This document shows positions 1 through 9,756 of a stretch of 48,951 bases of DNA, in pieces. The stretch comes from Elusimicrobiota bacterium. Lineage in GTDB: Bacteria > Elusimicrobiota > Elusimicrobia > UBA1565. The stretch spans positions 1 to 48,951 of the forward strand of contig JBDRPD010000081.1 in the NCBI GenBank assembly GCA_043827405.1, given 5' to 3'. The first letter of the stretch is position 1. Every line of letters begins with the position of its first letter. The notes under the pieces were generated by a model. That model searched no databases. It was not told the DNA's origin and saw only the letters and a list, made by a program, of their open reading frames with translations. A program made the translations under genes and the position numbers.

Positions 1-903
1 CCGGGTTTCTTCGAGCAGACTCTCGAAACGGTCAGCCTGCCGATCTTCGCGCTGTTTTTCGTGCTCGCTGGCTACAGCCTGCATCTCGAGGAGCTCTCGC
101 ACCTCGGGGTCCTCGGCATCGTTTATATCGCGGCCAGAAGCGCCGGAAAAATACTGGGCGTACGCCGTATGGCACAGCGCCACGGCGAGGATACGAAGCT
201 CAGAGAGAACACGGGATTGGGATTACTGTGTCATGCGGGCGTGGCGGTTTTCCTGGGAAGTTATCTTGTTCGGCACTGGAGCGATCCTTTAGCGCAGCAG
301 ATCAATACGGTGATCCTCGCCTCGGTCGCCCTCTATGAGCTTGTCGGTCCGTTTCTCGTCAAGCATGTCGCGATCAGCGCCGGCGAGGTCAAAACGGTGA
401 CCTTGCTGCGCCCGGGGTTTTTCAAGCCCACCTGGATCAGCCCCGGACCGGGCCTGCGCAACCTGGCGCGCGAGTATAACCCGGGAAAGGTGAAGAAGGG
501 TACGGTCGCCAAGCCGCTGACCGCCGGCGACCTCATGCGCACCAATATCCATTACCTGCCGGCGGCGGCACGCTTCGACGAGGTCCTGAGCTTTATCGAG
601 CGCAGCCGCTTCCACGACTTCCCGGTGGTCAATCCCGAAGGCAAGTATCTTGGGGTCATCCACTTCGAGAAGGTGCGCAATCACATCTACAATCCTGTTA
701 CCGACAAGCTGGTCACCGCGGTGTCCTTGGCCGATCAGGCGACGCCCTGCGTCACGCCGCAGACGGAGCTGCCGAAGCTGCTGGAGCTCTTTCATAAGCA
801 CAACCTCGGCGACCTGCCGGTGGTCAAGGATACGGTGAGCCTGCAGATGATCGGCATCATAGAGCAGCGCGACCTGCTCAAGATACTGCACGCGGAATCC
901 TGA
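1..903 (+). CDS. Cation:proton antiporter (CPA2-like) with C-terminal CBS pair; 5' end outside window
   Basis: Frame open from base 1 (PGFFEQTLETVSLPIFALFFVLAG). Hydrophobic helices with YIAARSAGK, HAGVAV and YELVGP, then CBS motifs (TAGDLM, FPVV..G..LGVI, LPVV..IGII). Confidence 0.8.
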   Translation, partial: PGFFEQTLETVSLPIFALFFVLAGYSLHLEELSHLGVLGIVYIAARSAGKILGVRRMAQRHGEDTKLRENTGLGLLCHAGVAVFLGSYLVRHWSDPLAQQINTVILASVALYELVGPFLVKHVAISAGEVKTVTLLRPGFFKPTWISPGPGLRNLAREYNPGKVKKGTVAKPLTAGDLMRTNIHYLPAAARFDEVLSFIERSRFHDFPVVNPEGKYLGVIHFEKVRNHIYNPVTDKLVTAVSLADQATPCVTPQTELPKLLELFHKHNLGDLPVVKDTVSLQMIGIIEQRDLLKILHAES

Positions 904-950
904 TCCTCTAATACGGGGAACTTCAACGCGCGCCGGTCGTACTGTGTGGT

Positions 951-1295
951 ATGACCATGCGGCGGGCGTTATTGGGAAAATGGGGAGAAGACCGGGCGGC
1001 CCGCTGGCTCGAGGAGCGGGGCTGGACGGTTCTGGAGCGCCGCTGGCGCTGCCGGCTCGGCGAGCTGGATATCGTCGCCGTCGACGGGGATGAGCTCGTT
1101 TTCGTCGAGGTCAAGACGCGGTCGTCGCTGCGCTGCGGCGCACCGGAAGAAGCCGTCGGGCGCGCCAAGCGCGCGCGGATCGTGCGGGCGGCCTGCGCCT
1201 ATATGCGGTTCAAGGGGATCGGCGACCGGGCGCTGCGTTTCGATGTCGTGGCCTTGTCACCGGAGGGGCTGCGTCATATCCCGGCCGCGTTTTAG
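951..1295 (+). CDS. yraN: YraN family (UPF0102) nuclease-like protein
   Basis: G..GE..A..L, GELDIVA, LVFVEVKTR and RFDVV motifs. Confidence 0.9.
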   Translation: MTMRRALLGKWGEDRAARWLEERGWTVLERRWRCRLGELDIVAVDGDELVFVEVKTRSSLRCGAPEEAVGRAKRARIVRAACAYMRFKGIGDRALRFDVVALSPEGLRHIPAAF

Positions 1296-2881
1296 CCGGT
1301 GCGGCGGCGGCGGAACTGCCAGACGGCGAAGATGCCGATCGCCAGGGCGGAGAGCAGGAACAGGCTCATTTTCACCGGATCCTTGCCTTCAATCATGGCG
1401 AAGGATGGTGAGCCGGTAAGCAGCGACAAGGTGCTCTTGCTGGTCGGATCGAACAGCCGGCCGCCGTTCTTGGCATGCTGCAGGTGCGGCTGGAATTTAT
1501 TATTCAGCCCGGCCGCCCGCTCGAGATCCGCCAGCATAAGGTCCCGGTTTCCCATCTGCTCATAGGCGAAAGCCCGGATGAGATAGGCTTTGGCGTTATT
1601 GGGATCAAGGCGCAGCGCGAGCGACGCCATCTTCACCGCCGCGTCGTAGCTCCCCTGATGCAGCATCGACCAGGCGAGTTCCTGGTAGGCGGCCGCGTTG
1701 TCGGGGTCGCGCTGGAGCGCTTCGCGCGCCGCGGCCTCGGCCTCTTTGTAGAGCCCCATGGCGTTGAGCGCGCGCGAATGCATGAGATGAGCGTCCGCGC
1801 TGCCCGGTTCGACGGCGAGCGCTTTGCGGGAGGCCTGCTCCGCCCCGGGATAGTCGCGCTGCGACATCGCGGCTTCGGCTTCGTGCAGGAAGGGAATAGC
1901 CGGTCCGCCGAGCCGGCGCTCTTCCCCGGTGCCTCCTGCCGAAGGCATGGCGAGCCCGCCGCCTTCGCTGCCGCGGACCATGCCGAGCGAGCCGCGCTCC
2001 GCCTGCCGCAGGCTGCGGCCGCCGAAGGTCGTGGGCGCTTTTTGGTACATATCGTTGCTGCGGACGGCGGCCGGCCGCGCTTGGGCGAGCTTCGCCCTGC
2101 CGCGGCCCTCGCTCTCTCCTCCCAGCTCCTTGTAGTCGCCGCCGCCGTCCTCCCAGCCGGCGTCGTAGCCGGTTTTGTATTTTTGCCCCTGGTGATAATT
2201 GCGCTGGTATTCCTTGGACGCGGGGCGCTCCCAGCCGCCGCGGCTTTTGCGCCGGGCATTGGTGTTGGCGCCGCCGACGAAGCCGCCGGCGCCGACCACC
2301 GGTACGCCGCGCTTGTCGAGGATGGGCTTGCCGCGCGAGTCCATGCCGCTGCCGTAGGAGCTCTTGCCGTGTTTGGCCGCCTCGATCCCGGAGTTGTAGT
2401 TCTCTTCGACGTCGGCGAGCTCCAGCGCTTTGTCGGCGTCCTGGTAGCTGTTGTTGTTGAGGTGGTAGCCGCGATCGCGCTTGAGCGCATCCTCGGCGTC
2501 CTTGTAGGCGCGGGCCGCGTCGCGTCCCTCGTCTTTGGCTTCCTGATGAACGGCGCGCGCTCTGAGCAGGGCGTCGCGGGCGCGCTCCCGTTCCTTTAGC
2601 GATGTGCTGGAGTCGCCGGTTACCTCCTCGAAGTTCTGTTCGGCACGTTCTACGGATTCCTTCGTGTCCTCAAACGTCTGCTCCGAGCGGTCATAGGCGC
2701 GTTTGGTTACGATGGCTTCATGCTTGACCGGATCGCAGGACGGCTGCGGATTTTTGCCTTGCGGCATTACGCCGGCGGGACGGCAGCGCGGCTTTTGATC
2801 GTCGTAGGTCTGCGCCGGGCAGAGAGCGGGGAACGCCGCAAGGAAAATGGATAACGATAGGATGGCTGCGGACGGTCTCAT
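1292..2881 (-). CDS. Secreted TPR-repeat protein with C-terminal membrane anchor
   Basis: Signal peptide from ATG 2881 (GGAG upstream), coiled-coil and Gly-rich linker, about 4 TPRs, then a C-terminal TM helix and RRRR. Confidence 0.7.
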   Translation of the reverse strand: MRPSAAILSLSIFLAAFPALCPAQTYDDQKPRCRPAGVMPQGKNPQPSCDPVKHEAIVTKRAYDRSEQTFEDTKESVERAEQNFEEVTGDSSTSLKERERARDALLRARAVHQEAKDEGRDAARAYKDAEDALKRDRGYHLNNNSYQDADKALELADVEENYNSGIEAAKHGKSSYGSGMDSRGKPILDKRGVPVVGAGGFVGGANTNARRKSRGGWERPASKEYQRNYHQGQKYKTGYDAGWEDGGGDYKELGGESEGRGRAKLAQARPAAVRSNDMYQKAPTTFGGRSLRQAERGSLGMVRGSEGGGLAMPSAGGTGEERRLGGPAIPFLHEAEAAMSQRDYPGAEQASRKALAVEPGSADAHLMHSRALNAMGLYKEAEAAAREALQRDPDNAAAYQELAWSMLHQGSYDAAVKMASLALRLDPNNAKAYLIRAFAYEQMGNRDLMLADLERAAGLNNKFQPHLQHAKNGGRLFDPTSKSTLSLLTGSPSFAMIEGKDPVKMSLFLLSALAIGIFAVWQFRRRRTG

Positions 2882-3049
2882 TTTTGTGGCTCCGTTGTAC
2901 TCTGTCCTAATAGACAGTATGGTGCCAAAACGGGCCGATGTCAATAATAATTTATAATGTAAAAATAAGTAGAATAGTGGAATAATGGCCCTGGGTCTGG
3001 CGTATGTATTACGGACCGGGTATCATTAAGCAGGGGTAGATTTCACGCC

Positions 3050-3403
3050 ATGAAGAAGAAAGGGAAGAGGAAGCGGGGTTCTCGGCGGCCGCAGGCCGTG
3101 CAGAGACCGGGTTTTTATCTGACGATTCGCTACAAGGAATTCGACAATCCCAACGAGAACTCCAACGATTATGAGGGCAACTACGGCTATATTATCCCCG
3201 GCCAGCCCCGGCGCTATACTATTTGGATTAATTCCAGCACCTCGCTGCTCAATCAGATCGGGACGCTGTTCCACGAATTCGGGCATTTCCTTTTCTACAC
3301 GGTGTTTAGGGAACTGTTCGTAAACGAGAAAAAGGAGCATACGTTCTGCGAAAAAATCGACGACACTGCGCGGCAGGGATTCAAAGAGTACATCGAAGAG
3401 TGA
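3050..3403 (+). CDS. Small HEXXH zinc metallopeptidase-like protein (ImmA/IrrE-like)
   Basis: TIWINS..TLFHEFGHFLF followed by a downstream EH.FC. Confidence 0.55.
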   Translation: MKKKGKRKRGSRRPQAVQRPGFYLTIRYKEFDNPNENSNDYEGNYGYIIPGQPRRYTIWINSSTSLLNQIGTLFHEFGHFLFYTVFRELFVNEKKEHTFCEKIDDTARQGFKEYIEE

Positions 3404-3425
3404 CCCCGCCGCCGCTTTCGATGAT

Positions 3426-3845
3426 ATGAAGTGTCCCGCCTGCGGTTTCGAGACCCCCGACGCCCAGCATTGGTGCGACTTCTGCAAGGAGCCGTTCCGC
3501 AAGAAGGAAGAACCCCGGGCCGTGCCGGCGCAGCCGCCGGTTAAGATCGCGCCGGAGCTCCTCAGCAAGTTGGCGGAGGTCAAGAAGGAGGCCTGCAGCG
3601 TCAAGGATGCGGGAGGCATTCCGCCGGAGTTCGCGCATCTGGATACGGGCGGAAAGATCGAGGGCTTTTCCCCCTTCCTGCGCAGCTTGGCCTACGGCTT
3701 TCTGGCTTTCTGCATCCTGCTGATGGTCGTGGTGGGCTTTTTGGCGATGAGCCGGGAGCGGAGAAAAGTCCGGACGGGGGAGAGCGCCGTCGGCGCCGCT
3801 ATCCCTTCGGGCTCAGCCAGACATGTACGCCGAGCATCAGATTGA
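3426..3845 (+). CDS. Zinc-ribbon membrane protein
   Basis: CPAC..CDFC at the N-terminus and one TM helix. Confidence 0.6.
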   Translation: MKCPACGFETPDAQHWCDFCKEPFRKKEEPRAVPAQPPVKIAPELLSKLAEVKKEACSVKDAGGIPPEFAHLDTGGKIEGFSPFLRSLAYGFLAFCILLMVVVGFLAMSRERRKVRTGESAVGAAIPSGSARHVRRASD

Positions 3846-4440
3846 GCGACTCGACGCTCGTCCCGCTGAAGCGGTTCTGCCGCAGCCTGGACTCAAACGA
3901 CAGGCTTAGGCCCTGGAACAGGAACTTCTCGATGCCGAGCCCCGCGGTGATGCTTGTTCCTTTCGCTTTGATGCTCATCTCATCGCCGCAGGCGCCGTTG
4001 ATCGGGCTGCAGGCGGTCTCGAACCCCGGCGCATCGGCGTTGATGGCGACGTTTGTCGTGTGGTAGCCGATCCCGCCCAGGATGTAGGGGGTCCAAGAGC
4101 GCCGGCGGCAGAGGTTGACGCGGGCGAGGATGCCGAGGTTCATCGCGTCCGCCTTGCCGCGTTCGTTCTTGCCGAACTGGCTCATCCCCACCTCCGCGCC
4201 GGCGGCGATCCAATCGTTGAGGTAGCGCAGGCCGAGCAGGTTGACGCCGATGCCGGAGGCGGCGACCTCGCGAAAGCCATGCGTATTGGTGGGCTGGGCG
4301 GCTCCGAGCTGCAGCCCGATCATGCGCATGCCGTCGTCGAAAACCGGCATGGAGGGAATCTGCGCCCGGGCGGCGGCCGCGCACTGGCAGAGCAGCAGCG
4401 CCGTGACCGCGATCCGTCGGGCATTCCGGGCGTCGGCCAT
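3799..4440 (-). CDS. Outer-membrane beta-barrel protein (OmpA/OmpW-like barrel)
   Basis: Signal peptide, amphipathic strands, WTPYILGGIGY motif. Confidence 0.7.
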   Translation of the reverse strand: MADARNARRIAVTALLLCQCAAAARAQIPSMPVFDDGMRMIGLQLGAAQPTNTHGFREVAASGIGVNLLGLRYLNDWIAAGAEVGMSQFGKNERGKADAMNLGILARVNLCRRRSWTPYILGGIGYHTTNVAINADAPGFETACSPINGACGDEMSIKAKGTSITAGLGIEKFLFQGLSLSFESRLRQNRFSGTSVESLNLMLGVHVWLSPKG

Positions 4441-4479
4441 TGCCTGATTCTACAAAAATGCTAGAATCGCAACAATAAA

Positions 4480-5322
4480 ATGAAAATCAACAAATATGTC
4501 CAAACCGTGCGGCGTGCGGCGTCTTATATCAAGAAGCGGGCGAACGGCTTCAAGCCCGATATCATCGTTGTTTTAGGAAGCGGTCTTGCGGGAGCTTCCC
4601 CTGACCTGGAAAACAAGAAGCTGGTCGCCTACAAGGATATCCCCGGTTTTCCCAAGCCGACCGTCAGCGGGCATAGCGGCCGCCTGCTGCTTGGCCAGGC
4701 CGGCAAAGGGCGGCGCAAGCGCAACGTCGCCGTTATGCAGGGACGTTTCCACTACTATGAAGGACATGCGATGGAATCGATCGCCCTGCCGATCCGGGCT
4801 CTGGAATATTTGGGCGCGCGGACATTGATCGCCACCTCGGCCGTGGGCTCGATGATCAAGAATCTGCAGCCGGGCGATATTTGCGTGATCAAGGACCATA
4901 TGAACTTTATGGGCCGCAACCCCTTGCGCGCCTTTCACGAGGAAGAGTTCGGCGACATGTTCCCGGACCTGGTCAACGCCTATACGCCCGCTCTGCGCAA
5001 GAAGGCGCTCGCGGTGTGCCGTCGTCTCAAGATACACGCGCTGGAAGGAGTGTACACCGCCGTGGGCGGTCCATCCTATGAGACGCCGGCGGAGATCAAG
5101 GCTTTCGCCAAGCTCGGCGGGAGCGTTGTCGGCATGTCGGTCATACCGGAGACCATCGTCGCGCGCCAGATGGGCATGGACATCATGGCCCTCAGCTGGA
5201 TCTCGAATATGGCCGCCGGAACCTCCAAGGAGGTGCTGAGCCACCCCGACGTTTTGGCCTTGGGCGAGAAGATGGCTGTTCGCATGCGCAACGTCCTCAA
5301 CGGCGCCATCGCCCAGATTTAA
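4480..5322 (+). CDS. punA: Purine-nucleoside phosphorylase (trimeric type)
   Basis: VLGSGL, GHSG, QGRFHYYEG, GPSYETPAE, VGMS and NMAAG motifs. Confidence 0.95.
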   Translation: MKINKYVQTVRRAASYIKKRANGFKPDIIVVLGSGLAGASPDLENKKLVAYKDIPGFPKPTVSGHSGRLLLGQAGKGRRKRNVAVMQGRFHYYEGHAMESIALPIRALEYLGARTLIATSAVGSMIKNLQPGDICVIKDHMNFMGRNPLRAFHEEEFGDMFPDLVNAYTPALRKKALAVCRRLKIHALEGVYTAVGGPSYETPAEIKAFAKLGGSVVGMSVIPETIVARQMGMDIMALSWISNMAAGTSKEVLSHPDVLALGEKMAVRMRNVLNGAIAQI

Positions 5323-5328
5323 CGTTTT

Positions 5329-5433
5329 GGTACCTGTTATTAACTTTAACTTTTGAGGATCGGGATTAAAGAGATGTTTAATGGCCAGGTATAGTCTTTC
5401 GAGACGCGAAAGTTAAAGTTAATAACAGGTACC
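5329..5433. repeat. AT-rich element with perfect 25-bp terminal inverted repeats (MITE/REP-like or invertible segment)
   Basis: GGTACCTGTTATTAACTTTAACTTT (5329-5353) is the exact reverse complement of 5409-5433, with a 55-bp spacer. Confidence 0.85.
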
Positions 5434-5442
5434 GAACATTCT

Positions 5443-6753
5443 ATGCGGATGCTGGATCTGATCACCAAGAAGCGCGACGGCGGCGCTTTGTCCGCCGACG
5501 AGATACGCTTCGTCGTGGGGGCGGCCGCGGACGGGAGCGTCCCGGACTACCAGCTTTCGGCCTGGCTGATGGCCGTTCTCCTGCGCGGCATGACGCGCGC
5601 CGAGACGGTCGCGCTGACCTCCGCGATGGCCGCTTCCGGGACGCAGCTTACGCTTCGCGGCGTCAAGGCTCCGAAAGCGGACAAGCATTCCACGGGCGGC
5701 GTGGGCGACGGCATCTCTTTGGTGCTGGCGCCGCTGGTCGCCGCCGCCGGCGTCGCCGTTCCGATGATGTCGGGGCGCGGGCTGGGGCATACCGGCGGGA
5801 CGCTCGACAAGCTCGAGGCGATCAAAGGGCTCCGTGTCCGTTTGGGCGTGGACGCCGTGCGGCGGCAGATGCGCTCGATCGGCGTCTGCATGTTCGGCCA
5901 GTCGGCCGATTTCTGCCCCGCTGACCGCAAGCTCTACGCGCTGCGCGACGCTACGGGTACGGTCCAGTCGCGGGAGCTGATCGTCGGGAGCATCCTATCC
6001 AAGAAGCTCTCCGAAGGGCTCGACGCGCTCGTGCTGGATATCAAATGCGGCTCCGGCGCGATATTCCAGGAGCCCGCAAAAGCCGAAGAGCTGGCCAAGG
6101 ATCTCATTCGTACGGCGAAAGGGCTGGGGCTGCCGACGGTCGGCCTGCTGACCGCTATGGAGCAGCCGCTCGGACGCGCGATCGGCAACGCGCTCGAGGT
6201 GCGCCAGGCCGTCGAGGTTTTGCAGGGCGACTTTACCAGCGCGGATTACGTGGAGGTGCTGTTCGGTTTGGGCGGATGGATGCTGGCTTTGACGGGGACC
6301 GCCCGCAGCGCGGCGGCCGGCGAGAAACGGCTCAAGACGCTGATACGGGAAGGCAAGGCGCTGGAGAAATTCAAGCAGATGATCAAGGCGCAGGGCGGCG
6401 ATCCCCGCGTCGCTGATGACCCGGAGCGCTTTCTGCCGAAGTCCAAGAAGAGCGCGGTTTTCGCCGCCGGGAGCGCGGGTTATATCACGCGCTTTGACGC
6501 TTTGCTCGCCGGCCGCGCGGGCGTGGCGCTGGGCGCCGGTCGTGACCGCATGGAAGACCGGCTGGATTACGGCGCCGGCATGCTGCTGCGCCGCAAGGTC
6601 GGCGACGCGGTGCGCAAAGGTGAGGAGATCGCGCGGCTTTACTCCTCCTCTGACCGGCTGCTGCGAGGCGGACTGGCCATGCTGGAGCGTGCGGTAGCGA
6701 TCGCTCCGCGGCGTCCGCGAATGCGGCCGGTGATAAGGAAGATCTGGAGGTAG
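5443..6753 (+). CDS. pdp: Pyrimidine-nucleoside/thymidine phosphorylase
   Basis: DKHSTGGVGD, MMSGRGLGHTGGTLDKLE and SILSKK motifs. Confidence 0.95.
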   Translation: MRMLDLITKKRDGGALSADEIRFVVGAAADGSVPDYQLSAWLMAVLLRGMTRAETVALTSAMAASGTQLTLRGVKAPKADKHSTGGVGDGISLVLAPLVAAAGVAVPMMSGRGLGHTGGTLDKLEAIKGLRVRLGVDAVRRQMRSIGVCMFGQSADFCPADRKLYALRDATGTVQSRELIVGSILSKKLSEGLDALVLDIKCGSGAIFQEPAKAEELAKDLIRTAKGLGLPTVGLLTAMEQPLGRAIGNALEVRQAVEVLQGDFTSADYVEVLFGLGGWMLALTGTARSAAAGEKRLKTLIREGKALEKFKQMIKAQGGDPRVADDPERFLPKSKKSAVFAAGSAGYITRFDALLAGRAGVALGAGRDRMEDRLDYGAGMLLRRKVGDAVRKGEEIARLYSSSDRLLRGGLAMLERAVAIAPRRPRMRPVIRKIWR

Positions 6754-6755
6754 TC

Positions 6756-7382
6756 ATGCCCAAGCGTGTAAGGATTTGCGGGCACCCCTTAATGGCCGAA
6801 TGTCTCGCCGAGCTGCGCGACAAGCGCACCCGGCCGGCGCGGTTTCGCGCTTTGATGGAGGACGCCGGCGTCTATCTCGGCATCACGGCGCTGCAGCCGC
6901 TGCGCACCGCCAAGAAAAAAATCGTCACGCCGCTGCGGACCGGTTATTTCCGGCGGGTCGACGAGCCGGTCGTGCTCATCGCCGTGCTGCGCGCGGGCTT
7001 GGGCTTTGTCCCCGGGCTGTCGCGCCTGTTGCCGGAGGCACCCGTGGGCTTCGTGGGCCTGTACCGCGACGAGGAAACGCTCAACCCCGTCCGCTACTAT
7101 CTGAATCTTCCCAAGAAGCTGCGCCGCAGCCGCGTGCTGCTGCTTGATCCGATGCTGGCTACCGGCGGGTCGGCCTCTGAGTCGATTCGTCTCATCAAGG
7201 AGCAGGGCGCCAAGAAGGTCTGCCTGGTAACTTTGCTGTCGACCAAGCCGGGCATCCGCCGCATTCAGCGCGACCATCCGGACACCAGTCTGGTCACGGC
7301 CGCCGTTGACCCGGTCCTCAACAAGATCGGCTTCATTGAGCCGGGGCTGGGCGACGCCGGCGATCGGCTGTTCGGCAACTAA
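6756..7382 (+). CDS. upp: Uracil phosphoribosyltransferase
   Basis: VLRAG, RDEETL, DPMLATGGS and PGLGDAGDRLFG motifs. Confidence 0.96.
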   Translation: MPKRVRICGHPLMAECLAELRDKRTRPARFRALMEDAGVYLGITALQPLRTAKKKIVTPLRTGYFRRVDEPVVLIAVLRAGLGFVPGLSRLLPEAPVGFVGLYRDEETLNPVRYYLNLPKKLRRSRVLLLDPMLATGGSASESIRLIKEQGAKKVCLVTLLSTKPGIRRIQRDHPDTSLVTAAVDPVLNKIGFIEPGLGDAGDRLFGN

Positions 7383-7400
7383 CACAAGAGGGTAGACTGG

Positions 7401-8705
7401 ATGACCTCCGCCTGCGAAGCCGTCAGTATATCGGATATCGGGAATTACGAAGGCAAAGACGTCGAGCTGCGGGGCTGGCTGTACAACAAGCGCTCCAGCG
7501 GCAAGCTGCACTTCCTGCAGGTGCGTGACGGCGCCGGCGTCATTCAGTGCGTGGTATTCAAAAAAGAAGTCCCCGCGGAGGTCTTCGCGCTCGCCGAAAA
7601 ACTGACGCAGGAGAGCTCGCTCATCGTGACCGGTTCGGTTCGCGCCGATACGCGCTCGGCGCTCGGCTTCGAGCTCGGGGTTAAGGATATCCGGCTCGTG
7701 CAGCTCGCTGAGACCTACCCGATAACTCCCAAGGAGCATGGGACGGCGTTCCTTATGGACCATCGCCACCTCTGGCTGCGCTCTTCGCGGCAGCATGCGA
7801 TCCTGCGCATTCGCAGCACGGTCGTCAAGGCGATCCGGGACTTCTATGATGAGCGCGGCTTCATCCTGCTGGACACGCCGATCTTTACGCCCAATGCCTG
7901 CGAAGGGACCTCCACGCTCTTTGAGACCAAGTACTTCGACACTACGGCGTATCTCACGCAGAGCGGCCAGCTCTATGCCGAGGCCGGGGCCATGGCGTTC
8001 GGCAAGGTGTACTGCTTTGGGCCGACCTTTCGCGCCGAGAAGTCAAAGACGCGGCGCCACCTGACGGAGTTCTGGATGGTGGAGCCCGAGGTCGCCTATA
8101 TGGATCTGCAGGGCGACATGGACTTGGCCGAAGACTTCGTCGAGTTTATCGTTCGCCGCGTGCTCGAGACGCGGGGACCTGAGCTTAAGGTGCTCGAGCG
8201 CGATATCGCGAAGCTCGAAGCGGTGAAGAAGCCTTTTCCGCGGATCAGCTATACGGAAGCGGTCGAGCTGCTCAAGAAGAAAGGCGTGGACATGCGCTGG
8301 GGCGACGACTTCGGCGGGGACGATGAAACCATATTGTCCAACGAGTTCGACCGCCCCGTCATCATCCACCGTTATCCCAAAGAGTGCAAGGCCTTTTACA
8401 TGAAGACCGATCCCGAGGATCCGCGGGTGGTGCTCTGTCTCGACATGCTGGCATCCGAAGGGGTCGGCGAGATTATCGGCGGCGCGCAGCGAGAGGACGA
8501 CCTGGAAGCGCTGCGCGGCCGGATCAAGGACCACGGCCTGCCCGAGGATGCCTTTAAGTGGTATCTCGATTTGCGGCGTTACGGTTCCGTTCCCCATGCG
8601 GGTTTTGGTCTCGGGCTCGAACGGACCGTCGGCTGGATATGCGGCGTGCCCCATGTCCGGGAAACGGTTCCCTTCCCCCGCACCATGGGACGTCTTAACC
8701 CGTAG
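7401..8705 (+). CDS. asnS: Asparagine--tRNA ligase
   Basis: OB-fold N-terminus, [39 protein letters not shown] and GFGLGLER. Confidence 0.95.
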   Translation: MTSACEAVSISDIGNYEGKDVELRGWLYNKRSSGKLHFLQVRDGAGVIQCVVFKKEVPAEVFALAEKLTQESSLIVTGSVRADTRSALGFELGVKDIRLVQLAETYPITPKEHGTAFLMDHRHLWLRSSRQHAILRIRSTVVKAIRDFYDERGFILLDTPIFTPNACEGTSTLFETKYFDTTAYLTQSGQLYAEAGAMAFGKVYCFGPTFRAEKSKTRRHLTEFWMVEPEVAYMDLQGDMDLAEDFVEFIVRRVLETRGPELKVLERDIAKLEAVKKPFPRISYTEAVELLKKKGVDMRWGDDFGGDDETILSNEFDRPVIIHRYPKECKAFYMKTDPEDPRVVLCLDMLASEGVGEIIGGAQREDDLEALRGRIKDHGLPEDAFKWYLDLRRYGSVPHAGFGLGLERTVGWICGVPHVRETVPFPRTMGRLNP

Positions 8706-8708
8706 GTC

Positions 8709-8945
8709 TTACCCCTCCCCGGTAAGAAACTTCATCCTGTGACGCAGGCTCTGCTCGCATTCCGCACGCGAGTTCTCGGGCGGGCAGCCGAGCTCATGGT
8801 GGCACTCCTCGCGGCTCAGGCCGCGATAGTCGCAGTCCTCGAACAGTTTCTGCGTCGTGCGGCGCGCCCGTACGGCACAGCCGGAAGCGAACAGGGCGGC
8901 GGCGAGCAGCGCGCATAGCGCACGCAAGGAGTTGCCGCAGGGCAC
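8709..8945 (-). CDS. Small Cys-rich lipoprotein
   Basis: GTG at 8945 overlaps the upstream stop. Lipobox FASGC and four further Cys. The ORF-track extension to 9287 overlaps the upstream gene. Confidence 0.55.
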   Translation of the reverse strand: MPCGNSLRALCALLAAALFASGCAVRARRTTQKLFEDCDYRGLSREECHHELGCPPENSRAECEQSLRHRMKFLTGEG

Positions 8946-9649
8946 TATTTTAGCCGCGCCCCGCCGCCGCTGCCTTGGTAGCTGCGCGATCCGCTTGAGT
9001 TGGTGCCGAAGCTGCCGCTGCTGCTGCCGTAGCCGCGGCTGCCTTGGCGGTTGCGCGATCCGCTTGAGTTGGTGCCGAAGCTGCCGCTGCTGCGTGAATT
9101 GCTGGATGACGAATTGCTCCTGCCGCGTGAGCCGCTGCGGTTTCCGGAGTAGCTCGGGGAGGAACTGCGGGGGCGCGAGCTGCTTCGCCCGCGATAACCG
9201 GTGCGCTGACCGCTGCTGCGCTGGTGCGAACGGGTAGAGCGGTAGGTGCTCTTGCTCTTGGGTTTCACGGCGGATTTCGCCGGCCAAGTGCTGTCGTATC
9301 GGCCGGAGTCTTGCTTTGGCGGGGGAGCGGCGGACTGCTTCTTCTCCGCTTCCGCTTTGTCTTTATGCCAGCCCGAGCCGTCGAGATAGGTTTTCGGCTC
9401 TTCGGCCTTGGGCTGCGCGGGAGGCGGCTTCGGCTTCTCCGGGACGGCCTTGGTGAAACCGTCGCCGCTCGAACCTGCTCCCGTCGCGGGTTCCTGTTGG
9501 GGCGGCGGCGCAGCGGGAGCGCCGCCCGCTCGGGAGAAGCCGTCTCCCGCCGCTCGCGCCGGAATCGCGAGGAGCCCGGAGATTATGGCGGCTGATCCGG
9601 CGGCAACGAGGCGGCGTATAACTCTGCGCATGCGAACCTCCCGACGCAT
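8945..9649 (-). CDS. Secreted low-complexity (Pro/Ser/Gly/Arg-rich) protein
   Basis: Signal peptide ending in ARA, Pro/Lys linker, and a Ser/Gly/Arg tail with a repeat. Confidence 0.55.
   Translation of the reverse strand: MRREVRMRRVIRRLVAAGSAAIISGLLAIPARAAGDGFSRAGGAPAAPPPQQEPATGAGSSGDGFTKAVPEKPKPPPAQPKAEEPKTYLDGSGWHKDKAEAEKKQSAAPPPKQDSGRYDSTWPAKSAVKPKSKSTYRSTRSHQRSSGQRTGYRGRSSSRPRSSSPSYSGNRSGSRGRSNSSSSNSRSSGSFGTNSSGSRNRQGSRGYGSSSGSFGTNSSGSRSYQGSGGGARLK
8983..9093. repeat. Intragenic direct repeat: two identical 42-bp copies, 69-bp period
   Basis: 8983-9024 is identical to 9052-9093 and encodes SSGSFGTNSSGSR twice. Confidence 0.9.
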
Positions 9650-9702
9650 ACTCTTATATAACAGACCGCGCGGCGAGAGTCAATGTAATACTGGCTGGAA
9701 TT

Positions 9703-9732
9703 AAAACAGCCCCCGGGAGGGGGCTGTTTTTT
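9703..9732. terminator. Intrinsic terminator, possibly bidirectional
   Basis: AAAACAGCCCCC-GGGA-GGGGGCTGTTTTTT, just downstream of the small peptide gene. Confidence 0.85.
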
Positions 9733-9756
9733 GGGTGGTGGTTGGTTGCGAAAGCG

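Noticed and set aside
1..925. Antiporter gene as a foreign insertion
   Set aside because: GC is only slightly lower by eye and no boundary repeats are visible; cannot be supported.
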